A stretch of 64,000 nt of DNA from a virus (taxonomy: Duplodnaviria; Caudoviricetes). The first letter of the stretch is position 1; every line of letters begins with the position of its first letter. The notes under the pieces were generated by a model. It searched no databases. It was not told the DNA's origin and saw only the letters and a list, made by a program, of their open reading frames with translations. The translations under genes were made by a program, and so were the position numbers. Shown here in pieces: positions 53,715-63,165 of the stretch. Location of the stretch: IMG/VR virus record IMGVR_UViG_3300028601_000023, positions 32,001 to 96,000 of that record; one strand, given 5' to 3'.

Positions 53715-54171
53715 AGAATACAAGAAGCATATGACCTTTTTGAGAATCGCAAAAGAATTTGCAAATCTGTCTCATTGTGTTTCTCATAAGGTTGCTGCTA
53801 TTGCTGTAAAGGATGGAAGGATCGTTTGTTCTGGTATCAATGGGACTCCTCCCGGAGATGCTAACTGTGATGATATCTTTGATGCTGATAATTTTGATAG
53901 AGAAGAACACAAAATCTTCTCAGACAAGAAAGAACTTCATGCTGAAATGAATTTGATTCTCTCAGCAGCTCGTGAAGGCATTTCGTTGAAAGGATCTACT
54001 CTATATTGTACGTTGTTTCCTTGCGGACAGTGCATCAAGAATCTTATGCTGTCTGGTATCTCTACTATCTATTACGCAAAGGTCTATGACAGATATTCAG
54101 AAAAAGAATACAATGACACGTTGTGGTGGTGTCGGGATCGTGGAATTACTATTGAACATATCCAAGTATAA
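53707..54171 (+). CDS. cd: dCMP deaminase
   Basis: GINGTP, HAEMN and PCGQC. Confidence 0.93.
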   Translation: MSKEYKKHMTFLRIAKEFANLSHCVSHKVAAIAVKDGRIVCSGINGTPPGDANCDDIFDADNFDREEHKIFSDKKELHAEMNLILSAAREGISLKGSTLYCTLFPCGQCIKNLMLSGISTIYYAKVYDRYSEKEYNDTLWWCRDRGITIEHIQV

Positions 54172-54201
54172 ATAATTCAAAATAGACCCAAGGAGATTTA
54201 T

Positions 54202-54567
54202 ATGGCACGGAAAAAGAAAGATGTAGAAGTAGTTAAAGAAACATTTGATACTCCAGAAGAAGTGGTAGAACCAGTTGTAGAAACGTTTGCTGATATCACT
54301 GTAGATGAAATGCTTCCAGTATCAGATGCAGATGAAGAAGTTAAACCAGTAGTTGAAGAAATAGTTGAAGAAGTAAAGGATCCTGCTGTTAGTGAAGTAT
54401 TATTCCCTCTAGTAGTTGGACTTGTTGCTGATGGATATCAGGCTAGTGATATCAAGGCTCGTGTAAAAGCTATTGTAGAAAAGCGAGAAATTCATGGAGA
54501 TCTAACCAAATTCTATGAGCAACGTTTTACTAAGGATATGATTCTTGTTCTGTCGGAGCTTAAGTAA
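54202..54567 (+). CDS. Acidic hypothetical protein, probably late
   Basis: TATAAATA at 54167-54174; AAGGAG RBS. Confidence 0.55.
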   Translation: MARKKKDVEVVKETFDTPEEVVEPVVETFADITVDEMLPVSDADEEVKPVVEEIVEEVKDPAVSEVLFPLVVGLVADGYQASDIKARVKAIVEKREIHGDLTKFYEQRFTKDMILVLSELK

Positions 54568-54568
54568 G

Positions 54569-54895
54569 ATGGTACTGACATTCAGAGAGTTTCATAATAC
54601 TGTCAAGAAGGTTGAAGAAGCCTTTAACGAGAATACTGATGAGACTATCGAGGGCTTCTTCGAGAAACTAGAAGAAAAACAAGTCTGTCTTGAAACCGTT
54701 ATGACTGGTGATATTGCTCAGATGACTCTTCCTCTCGGAGTTATGCGTAGACGTAAACCTATTCCGGAGACTGTTCCTGACAATTCAGAAATGGAAAAAT
54801 GGATAGCTGCAAACAAAGCTGCTTTCAAGAAACGCTATGGTGATGACTGGGAAAAGGTCCTTTATTCTACAGCAGAAGCCCTCTACAAGAAATGA
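54569..54895 (+). CDS. Possible internal head protein
   Basis: Leader-like start MVLTFREF; FKKRYGDDWEKVLY. Confidence 0.4.
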   Translation: MVLTFREFHNTVKKVEEAFNENTDETIEGFFEKLEEKQVCLETVMTGDIAQMTLPLGVMRRRKPIPETVPDNSEMEKWIAANKAAFKKRYGDDWEKVLYSTAEALYKK

Positions 54896-55464
54896 TAGTT
54901 GCTGGTGTAGATTACAGCATGTCGTCACCAAGCATTTGTGTGTACGATACTGAATCTGGTGATTTGTCTCATCAGAACTGTTTCTATTTCTATAAACAGG
55001 TTGTTCCGTCTATAAAGGAAATGAGTAGGATCTGTCAGTTAGATCTGATAAATATCTTTCCTGGATATCAGAGCAAGTTTGAAGATGAATTCACTAAAGT
55101 ATTCTGTCTAGCTGATTGGGGATATTCTATCATACGAGAAATGAAAGTAGAACTTGTAGCTCTCGAAAGTTATGCTTTTGGTGCGTCTGGCAGAGTATTC
55201 AATATTGCTGAAGCTACTGGATTATTCAAGATGTTTCTTCGGTTGAACAAAATTCCTTTATTGACTTTTGCTCCATCTCAGATTAAAAAGGTTTTTTCAG
55301 GAAAAGGAAATAGTAATAAGAACGCAATGATCAAATTCTACAATGATAAATATAGCGTTAATATGTGGGATATTTTTGGAGTTGAAGAAAAAGTTGAAGC
55401 TCCGATTGCTGATCTTGTTGATTCGCATGCTATTCTTTATACATATCTAGAACTAAAATCTTAG
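54892..55464 (+). CDS. RuvC-like Holliday junction resolvase
   Basis: GVDYSMSSP, ALESYAF, PSQIKK..GKGNSNK and DLVDS. Confidence 0.85.
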   Translation: MIVAGVDYSMSSPSICVYDTESGDLSHQNCFYFYKQVVPSIKEMSRICQLDLINIFPGYQSKFEDEFTKVFCLADWGYSIIREMKVELVALESYAFGASGRVFNIAEATGLFKMFLRLNKIPLLTFAPSQIKKVFSGKGNSNKNAMIKFYNDKYSVNMWDIFGVEEKVEAPIADLVDSHAILYTYLELKS

Positions 55465-55473
55465 GAGGCCTTA

Positions 55474-55911
55474 ATGATTTACACCAAAGTTGGGGATGTA
55501 AAGTCCCCTTGTCGCGCTAATGATACTGATGCGGGTATCGACTTCTACGTTCCAAATGACTTTTCTCCAATTACACTTGATCCACAAAAAGACATTCTCA
55601 TTCCTCTCGGAATCAAAGTACAAGTTCCAAATGGATATGCTTTAATTGCATTCAATAAATCTGGTGTGGCCACTAAAAAGAAATTTGTTGTCGGTGCGTG
55701 TTGTGTAGACGTAGGCTATGAAGGTGTTGTGCATTGTCATATTCTCAACGCTGGAACAGAACCACAAGAAATTATTCCAGGAATGAAGATTGTTCAGTTT
55801 GTTCTTCTTCCTATTAGCTCAGCACATCCTAAAGAGGTATCTAACGATGAATATACAGCATGTTGTGGATCAAACCGCGGAGCAGGCGGATTCGGATCAA
55901 CTGGCGTCTAA
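55474..55911 (+). CDS. dut: Trimeric dUTPase
   Basis: AGIDF, KSG, VDVGYEG, IVQ and RGAGGFGSTG. Confidence 0.95.
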   Translation: MIYTKVGDVKSPCRANDTDAGIDFYVPNDFSPITLDPQKDILIPLGIKVQVPNGYALIAFNKSGVATKKKFVVGACCVDVGYEGVVHCHILNAGTEPQEIIPGMKIVQFVLLPISSAHPKEVSNDEYTACCGSNRGAGGFGSTGV

Positions 55912-56177
55912 CTATACTGTCAATCTATATGTAATGGATCCTTCTGGGATCCGCGAAATACTTATTGAGACCCAGTTAGATTTGATCTCTGCTTATTATC
56001 TACAGAAGAATCTAAATGCTTCTATTGAACTATTGAGAAAAACAAAAGATTCTGTTGCTGTTTCATTTACTTATATTAAAGACGGCGAACTTTGTTCTTG
56101 TGGGTTTATCAATGTTGTTGGGATCGTTCATAACATTCCAGTATTGAAAGCACAAGAAATTCCAGATGAGGTGATTG

Positions 56178-56552
56178 ATGAATAAGCATAAAGGATATTC
56201 TCGTATTCTAATGGACATCGACAACACTATCTCGTTTACTACTGATAGGGACTATGCTAATGCGGTTCCTAATATGCCAGTAATAAAAAAGATGAGAGAG
56301 CTTGCTTCTCAAGGTGTAAACTTTGTTTTGTTTACTGCTCGGGGAATGGTGACATTTGAAGACAATGTAGATGCAGCTGAGAGGCGTCATAGACCACAGC
56401 TAGAAGAATGGATGAAAAGGTACAATGTTCCTTATTCTGATATTGTATTTGGAAAACCATTTGCTTTAGCTATTGTAGATGATACTGCTATCAGACCAAA
56501 TGAATTCTTGGAGTTATCTCTTGATAAAACAACACACACCGATAGTAATTGA
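56178..56552 (+). CDS. Minimal HAD-family phosphatase
   Basis: DIDNT, FTARG, FGKP and VDD. Confidence 0.85.
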   Translation: MNKHKGYSRILMDIDNTISFTTDRDYANAVPNMPVIKKMRELASQGVNFVLFTARGMVTFEDNVDAAERRHRPQLEEWMKRYNVPYSDIVFGKPFALAIVDDTAIRPNEFLELSLDKTTHTDSN

Positions 56553-57945
56553 TAGCAACAAAAAGGAATCAGTGGTTTTCATGGTTCCTTTTTGTCCGTC
56601 CAAGACTATCAAGTATTCACCTATTTTTGGATTCAAGTATACAATTTTAAAGGAATTGCAGAACCAATTCAATGTGATCATTATCGGTGGAGACACTGAA
56701 CTGTCTACAGAATTCAATTATTTTCGTCCAGACCAGAAAAGATTTGATGAAATAAAAGAATCAGAATTCAAGAAAAAGACTGAGACTGATAATCATTTTT
56801 TATATAACTATAATATCATCAAAGGCCATCTACGAGACGTTCTAAAAGTTATTTCTGGATTGAACGTCAAGTATATACTAAACAATGATGAAGGTATGTG
56901 GCTTCCGTTGATGAAGTATAAGCTCAAAGAATTTAAACACGAGTTCAACGAGTTCTTTGACTATACTGGAGATGATCTTAGTATAATTCAAAAGAAAAAT
57001 GAATATAGTGAAGAAGTCTCAAACAATATACATCGGCATGTCAATATTCTTGCATATTCTCAGGTCCGCCAAGCATTTCAGTATTGTCTGATTGATGTTC
57101 TAGTTGAGATGTTTCAGAATACTCTAAAATCTTTTGACAATTTTGTTATAGATCCGGTGAACTTTGCTCCGTACTATAATAACCTTCCGGTTCCAAATAG
57201 GAATCTTTATTTTGTTGATGACAATAGAGGAACACGTAACTTTCAGAAATTTCCAATTGGACAATTACAACACGCCTATCATGATGAAGCCGTTAAGACC
57301 ATAAACCCGTTAGACGATGAAGATCCGATTGTAAAAGATAAAATCTTTATTCATTATAGCTCATTGTTCCATGAGAAAGGTTCTAGATTGGACCTGTGGA
57401 ATTTATATTTCAAAGATCTAAGAATCGAAAATTCTTCTCTGTTTATTCCAATGAAGTCTAATGGATTCTTTTTCAAATCAGAAAAGGAATTGAACGGATC
57501 ACAGCGTTTGATTTCTGAAATGGATAAACTATATAAGATTTTTGGAGAAGATCTTGTTGATGAAGTTAATTCGCATCCAATGTATTGTAAATGGTTTAAA
57601 CCCGAGCAATGCAATGATATTCTAAAGCAGTATCGTTATTCTACGATCATTCGTTGTATGTCTCATTATGATTCGTTGAACTATCGTCCGGTTCTATATA
57701 CTTACAATAAAGTATTACCGTTGTTAGATCCAATGTATGATCCGGCATACTTACATATTCCGAAAGAGATTCAGGAATTGCTTTTAGTACGAGATCATAA
57801 AGACATTGAAGACAAAGTAAAGTATTACGAACAACGCCCACAAGAACGTGAAGATATATTGGAATTTCTATGGAACCATTTCGAGATTGACAAATGGAAG
57901 AATCCAGAATATATTGACTCATTAATCAAATCATATTGGAGTTAA
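56479..57945 (+). CDS. Putative GT-B glycosyltransferase (T4 BGT-like C-terminus)
   Basis: YRYSTII...SLNYRPV..VLPLLDPMYD...DIEDKV resembles the BGT C-domain; start may be TTG at 56521. Confidence 0.5.
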   Translation: MILLSDQMNSWSYLLIKQHTPIVIDSNKKESVVFMVPFCPSKTIKYSPIFGFKYTILKELQNQFNVIIIGGDTELSTEFNYFRPDQKRFDEIKESEFKKKTETDNHFLYNYNIIKGHLRDVLKVISGLNVKYILNNDEGMWLPLMKYKLKEFKHEFNEFFDYTGDDLSIIQKKNEYSEEVSNNIHRHVNILAYSQVRQAFQYCLIDVLVEMFQNTLKSFDNFVIDPVNFAPYYNNLPVPNRNLYFVDDNRGTRNFQKFPIGQLQHAYHDEAVKTINPLDDEDPIVKDKIFIHYSSLFHEKGSRLDLWNLYFKDLRIENSSLFIPMKSNGFFFKSEKELNGSQRLISEMDKLYKIFGEDLVDEVNSHPMYCKWFKPEQCNDILKQYRYSTIIRCMSHYDSLNYRPVLYTYNKVLPLLDPMYDPAYLHIPKEIQELLLVRDHKDIEDKVKYYEQRPQEREDILEFLWNHFEIDKWKNPEYIDSLIKSYWS

Positions 57946-57951
57946 AAATTT

Positions 57952-59352
57952 ATGGCTAATGTAATCTATGCCAAATTCGGTAAAAGTATTCTTTTTGACG
58001 AATCCAAATGGTCACCAGCCGGAGGAGATAATGAAGCATCTTATCTCCTTTTTGCAATGGCTCGGTTCTATCCTGAACATACCTTTTGGATCGTTGGTAA
58101 ATCTGATTGGGATAGAGTCTTTCCAGAAGGTCATGAAAAATTTCCAAATATCAAGTATATCTGGTCTAAGGAATATTGGGAAGATGCGACCAATCCGAAC
58201 AAATATTCTGATGATGAAGATAAAAATGTCGTTATAGAAAAGTATTGTAACTATACATATAAGACATTTCAGCGTCTAGGAATTACTATTGATTACGGTA
58301 TCCTTCTGATGGGAATTATGTACAATGCTCATATTCCGAACTGCGTCCCAAAGACTCGCGGAGTAAAGGATACTGATCCAATTGAATTTTGTAAGCCGTT
58401 AGAATGCCCGCTGAAGTATTCTTCTCATATCAATGTTCTATTGAATGAGACAGATGTTCCATGGATGATTATCTGTACTGATCCTCGCCAAACAAGAAAC
58501 AAACCCAAGGATCTGATCAACCAAGCATATATTGTAGCATCTCAAATTGATGACGTCTATTCTAAAGCTGGAACAAAACATTGGTATAACGGAAAGCACG
58601 TTCCTACTCTGAATGACAGACATCATGAGAGTTCTTATGCTGAATTCATCAATCTGTTATCTAGAGACCCTTATATGGAACTAAAGAATCTTGATCGAGA
58701 TTGGTTTGCTAAAAAATCTGGATTCAATATGATAGTAAATGAGGGCATACCTTCAACAGATCCAAATAAGAAACCTCCACGCTGGCATCCGTTGAATGAA
58801 TATATTCTATCAGATCCATTGTTTGAATGTTCTATCTATGGCAAATGGACAGACGAAGTACTTGATTCTGATAGTAGATTTAAAGGACCGATCCACCCGA
58901 ATAGTCTTGGAACTGTTCTAGAGACTACTAAATATACATTCTGTATTCCGATCGATGCTGGATGGATGACTTCTAAATTTGTCGAGATGGCCCACTTCGG
59001 AGTAATTCCGTTTCTACATAAGGACTATGCATCTAAATCACTGTCAAAGAATTTCATTGATGACTATTTCTTTGTTTCTTCTAAAGAAGATCTGTTCAAT
59101 AAAATAACAGACTTGGAATCATCCTTTGATAAATACATGGCAGTCATTGAAAAGCTGAAAAAAATTATCTTTATCAGTAATAGCATGGCTATGTATACTG
59201 GGGCCTTTGTTTCTGCTTCTATGGTCAATTTGATACACAAGCATGAACAACATACTGATATTTGGCCGTTGAAAACAAAAGAATCATTAAAAGAAACAAT
59301 TACATTGAAAGATTATATGAAAGTATCAAATCCCATGGATGCTTTTTTCTAA
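57952..59352 (+). CDS. Putative GT-B glycosyltransferase (BGT-like)
   Basis: AGGDNE, TDPR, IYGKW and YTFCIPI..WMTSKFVEM..GVIPFLH..Y. Confidence 0.6.
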   Translation: MANVIYAKFGKSILFDESKWSPAGGDNEASYLLFAMARFYPEHTFWIVGKSDWDRVFPEGHEKFPNIKYIWSKEYWEDATNPNKYSDDEDKNVVIEKYCNYTYKTFQRLGITIDYGILLMGIMYNAHIPNCVPKTRGVKDTDPIEFCKPLECPLKYSSHINVLLNETDVPWMIICTDPRQTRNKPKDLINQAYIVASQIDDVYSKAGTKHWYNGKHVPTLNDRHHESSYAEFINLLSRDPYMELKNLDRDWFAKKSGFNMIVNEGIPSTDPNKKPPRWHPLNEYILSDPLFECSIYGKWTDEVLDSDSRFKGPIHPNSLGTVLETTKYTFCIPIDAGWMTSKFVEMAHFGVIPFLHKDYASKSLSKNFIDDYFFVSSKEDLFNKITDLESSFDKYMAVIEKLKKIIFISNSMAMYTGAFVSASMVNLIHKHEQHTDIWPLKTKESLKETITLKDYMKVSNPMDAFF

Positions 59353-59355
59353 GGA

Positions 59356-60654
59356 GTGCAAATGAATTTTACTTGGTCAGTTATTGTCCCTCTCATCGGC
59401 GGACTTCCACTTGCTATGAAAAATGTTTTTGAGAAAGATCCTGAATACATAATGAGTTATTCTCCATTTCAAAATAATGATAAACATTTTGTTTCTTATC
59501 TTCGTCAACATGGATGGAACGGAAAATATCATGTTCTTGATTCTGTAGAAGATTCTTGTATTGCTGATATTTGTACTGATGAACCCGAAACAAATGTAGA
59601 TGTGGTTGGAGCTGTTTGTCCATGTGCTGGACTATCTTCTTTATCCGTTACAAGTAATGCTGATTCAGCTGTCAATCAATGGCTCTATACTTCAGCAGAA
59701 TATGTATTGAAAAATCGGAAACCAAAGATCTTTTGGGGCGAGAATGCTCCGAGGCTTGCCACTGCGTCTGGAAAGAAGGTTGCTGATGAACTCTATGAGA
59801 TCGGCAAAAAGTATGGATATCATTTTCTAATCTATTCAACCGAATCGCGTCTCCACGGCAATCCACAGATCAGACCAAGAACTTTCTATTTCTTTTTCAA
59901 TAAAACGCATTTTGCTTCTATGCCAGTTCTTTATGATATTCCCAAAGAAACCCTTTCTTATGAAGTAGTCCTTGCTAAACCTCTAATAGAAAATGATCCG
60001 ATGAACATTCTAATGAATCCGAATGTTCCGTCAAAGGATCCATATTACTCTTTCTTATATGAGCATCTGCAGGCTGAGTCTCATCGTGATCTAATAGAAA
60101 AGCTTTGTCCGTCTACTAACGGAGATAACAAATCTGCTAATCTATTGGTTTATTCTATCGATTATGTCGATAAGAATCATGGTGGTCTTGACTATCTAAT
60201 TGATTGGTTTAAAGATAATGGCTTTGAGCGTGCATCTAAACGTATGTCTGATGTAAAAGCAAAAAGAGAATGCAATAAAGGAGCATGGTTGCATGGAACA
60301 ACTGTTGCTAGAGATATAATCCCATCATTTGTTGCACATATGCCATCTTCTCTGATTCATCCATACGAAGACCGTTACTTGTATATTCGAGAAGGTCTCC
60401 GTCTAATGAAGATGCCTGATGATTTTATGCTTGCTAATGAGAATCCACTACGAGATCTAAATCATATCTGTCAGAACGTTATTGTTACTACTGCAGAACT
60501 AATGTGTAAAGAAATTATTCTTATGCTTACAGGGAATTCTCCAGTAACAGATGGGTCTTATGCTATACAGACTAACAAAGGTGGAACAACTGCTATTTGT
60601 GATCGGACACCAGTTGATGATTTATCTATCTCTTCTTTAGATGATTTTTGTTGA
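59356..60654 (+). CDS. Divergent DNA cytosine-C5 methyltransferase
   Basis: Motif IV CPCAGLS, motif VI GENAP, motif VIII QIRPRTF and motif IX RYLYIREGLRLMKMPDDF. Confidence 0.8.
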   Translation: MQMNFTWSVIVPLIGGLPLAMKNVFEKDPEYIMSYSPFQNNDKHFVSYLRQHGWNGKYHVLDSVEDSCIADICTDEPETNVDVVGAVCPCAGLSSLSVTSNADSAVNQWLYTSAEYVLKNRKPKIFWGENAPRLATASGKKVADELYEIGKKYGYHFLIYSTESRLHGNPQIRPRTFYFFFNKTHFASMPVLYDIPKETLSYEVVLAKPLIENDPMNILMNPNVPSKDPYYSFLYEHLQAESHRDLIEKLCPSTNGDNKSANLLVYSIDYVDKNHGGLDYLIDWFKDNGFERASKRMSDVKAKRECNKGAWLHGTTVARDIIPSFVAHMPSSLIHPYEDRYLYIREGLRLMKMPDDFMLANENPLRDLNHICQNVIVTTAELMCKEIILMLTGNSPVTDGSYAIQTNKGGTTAICDRTPVDDLSISSLDDFC

Positions 60655-60715
60655 CAGTAACTCAAAGAATGATTATTGTTTATCCATTAAATCAACCTAA
60701 ACCTGGGGTTTTGAG

Positions 60716-60874
60716 ATGAAGATTTCAAAGGAAGAAATCAACAAGATGAATCGGGCTGATGAGTTTTACCACATGTCGGTTGGCGAAAACAAGCGTCGGT
60801 GTAAAACTCATGAGTCTCAGAAACAGTATAAGAGAAAAGATAAGTATAAAAAAGATTTTTCGGAGGCTGAATGA
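60716..60874 (+). CDS. Small basic protein (52 aa, not in the ORF track)
   Basis: Promoter at 60651; ATGA overlap with rnh; tail KTHESQKQYKRKDKYKKDF. Confidence 0.5.
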   Translation: MKISKEEINKMNRADEFYHMSVGENKRRCKTHESQKQYKRKDKYKKDFSEAE

Positions 60875-61758
60875 TTCTTTATGATTTTTCTGGTACTTTG
60901 TTCGCTGCAATCCACGTATCCCTTGCTCAGAACGGCTCTATTGTTACAGAAGAAAAGTTTCTTAGACATCTGATCATTAACTCTCTACGTCATTGTAATA
61001 ACAAGTACAAAGACAAATATGGAGAGATGGTTGTCTGTCTAGATTCTCGTGATGGATATTGGAGAAAGAAGGATGTATTTCCATACTACAAATATGGAAG
61101 AAAAGAAGGACGCGAAGCTTCTGCTATTGATTGGAATACTATCTTTGTATCAATCAACAAGATCGTTGAAGAAGTAAAGACATACTTTCCGTATAAGATC
61201 CTCCAAGTTCCACTCTGTGAAGCTGATGATCTAATTGCTGTTCTTGCTAAGAATGCTGAAGAACTAACAGAAAAGAATATTCTTGATGAAATGACTCATC
61301 CTGTTTTGATTGTTTCTAATGATAAAGACATGAAACAATTGCATAAATATAAATGGGTTCGGCAGTATTTTCCACAGAAGGATACTATTCTACGAGAAGC
61401 CGACCCAAAAATGTTTCTGATTGAACAGGTTCTGAAAGGCGATAAAGGAGACGGTATTCCAAATGTCAGGTCAGCAGCCGATTCATTTGTCGTTGGAAAA
61501 AGACAACTTCCAGTCACAGCGAAGTTCATTCGAGAATTCTTAGAGATGGGGACAGCTGCTTTTACTACTGCAGAATATAACCGATACCGCGACAACAAGA
61601 AGCTGATTGACCTTTCAGAGATCCCGGATAAATATGAACAACAGATAGTTGAAGCATACAAATCGGCCAAACCAAATACAAACAAAATGGATCTCATGAA
61701 GTATTTTTGTGCAACAGATTTGAAACAGTGCTTAGAGAAGATATCTGAATTTTACTAA
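60871..61758 (+). CDS. rnh: RNase H / 5'-3' flap exonuclease (T4 rnh)
   Basis: YDFS, YWRK..YKYGR, EADD, SNDKDMKQL and GDKGDGIPN. Confidence 0.93.
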   Translation: MILYDFSGTLFAAIHVSLAQNGSIVTEEKFLRHLIINSLRHCNNKYKDKYGEMVVCLDSRDGYWRKKDVFPYYKYGRKEGREASAIDWNTIFVSINKIVEEVKTYFPYKILQVPLCEADDLIAVLAKNAEELTEKNILDEMTHPVLIVSNDKDMKQLHKYKWVRQYFPQKDTILREADPKMFLIEQVLKGDKGDGIPNVRSAADSFVVGKRQLPVTAKFIREFLEMGTAAFTTAEYNRYRDNKKLIDLSEIPDKYEQQIVEAYKSAKPNTNKMDLMKYFCATDLKQCLEKISEFY

Positions 61759-61770
61759 AAGGAACAAACT

Positions 61771-62847
61771 ATGGCTTACACATTACTAGAAGTGATTGAG
61801 AATCCGAGGCGGATCAACAATATCGGAAGAGATTCTCTCTTCGATTATCTAGAAGAGGCGTCTAAAGATCAGGAAAGGTTTAATGCATATATGCAGATGT
61901 TGGACAACTTTGTTCCATGGGCTTATTCTGGTATTATGTTGGCTGCCTCTGATATCTATAGCCTAAAAGCATTGTTTGGTGATGAAATTGAAAATGCTGG
62001 AACAGTCAAATATGATCATGGATCTGTCGGACTACTTCCAGCAATCAAAATGATCTATACATATTATGAGATTGGGAATATTGTAGACGAAGTTCGTCGA
62101 GCGCAGATCATGACATATGCTGAATCGACTCTAGCATCAGACGATCATCGATTCTTTATCCGGATGCTTAAACAAGATGTTTCTAAAAAGGTTATGAAAG
62201 CGCTGAAACAGTATAAAGAAGATGGATTAATGCAGCCGAGATATGCCGAATACTTCAAGTTCTCTTATGAGAAACCTGTTTTGTGTGAACCCGCATCAGA
62301 TTTTTCATATTTCATTCCAGTATCTAATCTATCAACAAAAGTAAAGTGTGAGAATGTACTATATGAGATGGACGGATCTATCTCTTCTTATAATTTGAAT
62401 ACGATCTATTCTGAACTTCGTAAAAATGGAATCAATACTTTTGCTTTACCACTTCGATGCTATATCTATTTTGATGGTGATGAAGCTGTTGCTTTTCAGA
62501 CTCCCCAAAAAATGTACTATCTCAAAAAATGTATCTCATCTGCAGCAGTCTCATTAGCAGACGTAATTTCAAAGAATCCTACTCATATTCTTGACTGTGA
62601 TATTGTTACTGGAGAAATCAAAGGATGCGCGTCAAAGGAAAACACAGAACTTGTAGAACGGTCTTTAGAAGTGAAATCTTCGTCTGTGTTAGCAATCCCA
62701 GTTCAGAATAACATCTACAGGATGCTACAGTGCGTTCTAAAGGATGATAACTTGATTACTATATCAACATACACCGGATTCGAGAAAGCTCCCGGAAAGA
62801 AAATTAAAGTCATTGAACATAATCAGGTATTCTATCTGTTAGAATAG
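61771..62847 (+). CDS. Hypothetical protein
   Basis: Long ORF with an AAGGA RBS; no motif recognised. Confidence 0.55.
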   Translation: MAYTLLEVIENPRRINNIGRDSLFDYLEEASKDQERFNAYMQMLDNFVPWAYSGIMLAASDIYSLKALFGDEIENAGTVKYDHGSVGLLPAIKMIYTYYEIGNIVDEVRRAQIMTYAESTLASDDHRFFIRMLKQDVSKKVMKALKQYKEDGLMQPRYAEYFKFSYEKPVLCEPASDFSYFIPVSNLSTKVKCENVLYEMDGSISSYNLNTIYSELRKNGINTFALPLRCYIYFDGDEAVAFQTPQKMYYLKKCISSAAVSLADVISKNPTHILDCDIVTGEIKGCASKENTELVERSLEVKSSSVLAIPVQNNIYRMLQCVLKDDNLITISTYTGFEKAPGKKIKVIEHNQVFYLLE

Positions 62848-63165
62848 AATCTTCAAAAACTTTTTCTTCTGAAAAGCGTTTTTCTGATTGACAGATTAAC
62901 GCTTTTTTTATATTCTGTTTCTACCAATTGAAACGGGGGACAAATGATCTGGATAAAATCTTTTTGGCTGGTTCTCACCGGATATGACTATTTTATTGTT
63001 GACGGCGAGGTCTTTGGGTATTATCATAAGGCTAAACCATACTACGATAGTCTAAACGATTCTCATGTTGTTATGCTTGGTTACAATATTATTATTGGCA
63101 GGACTTCAAAGGTTCACGAAAAATATAACCGGAACGGCACGTCTGTTCAATTCTAGGAGATTCAC

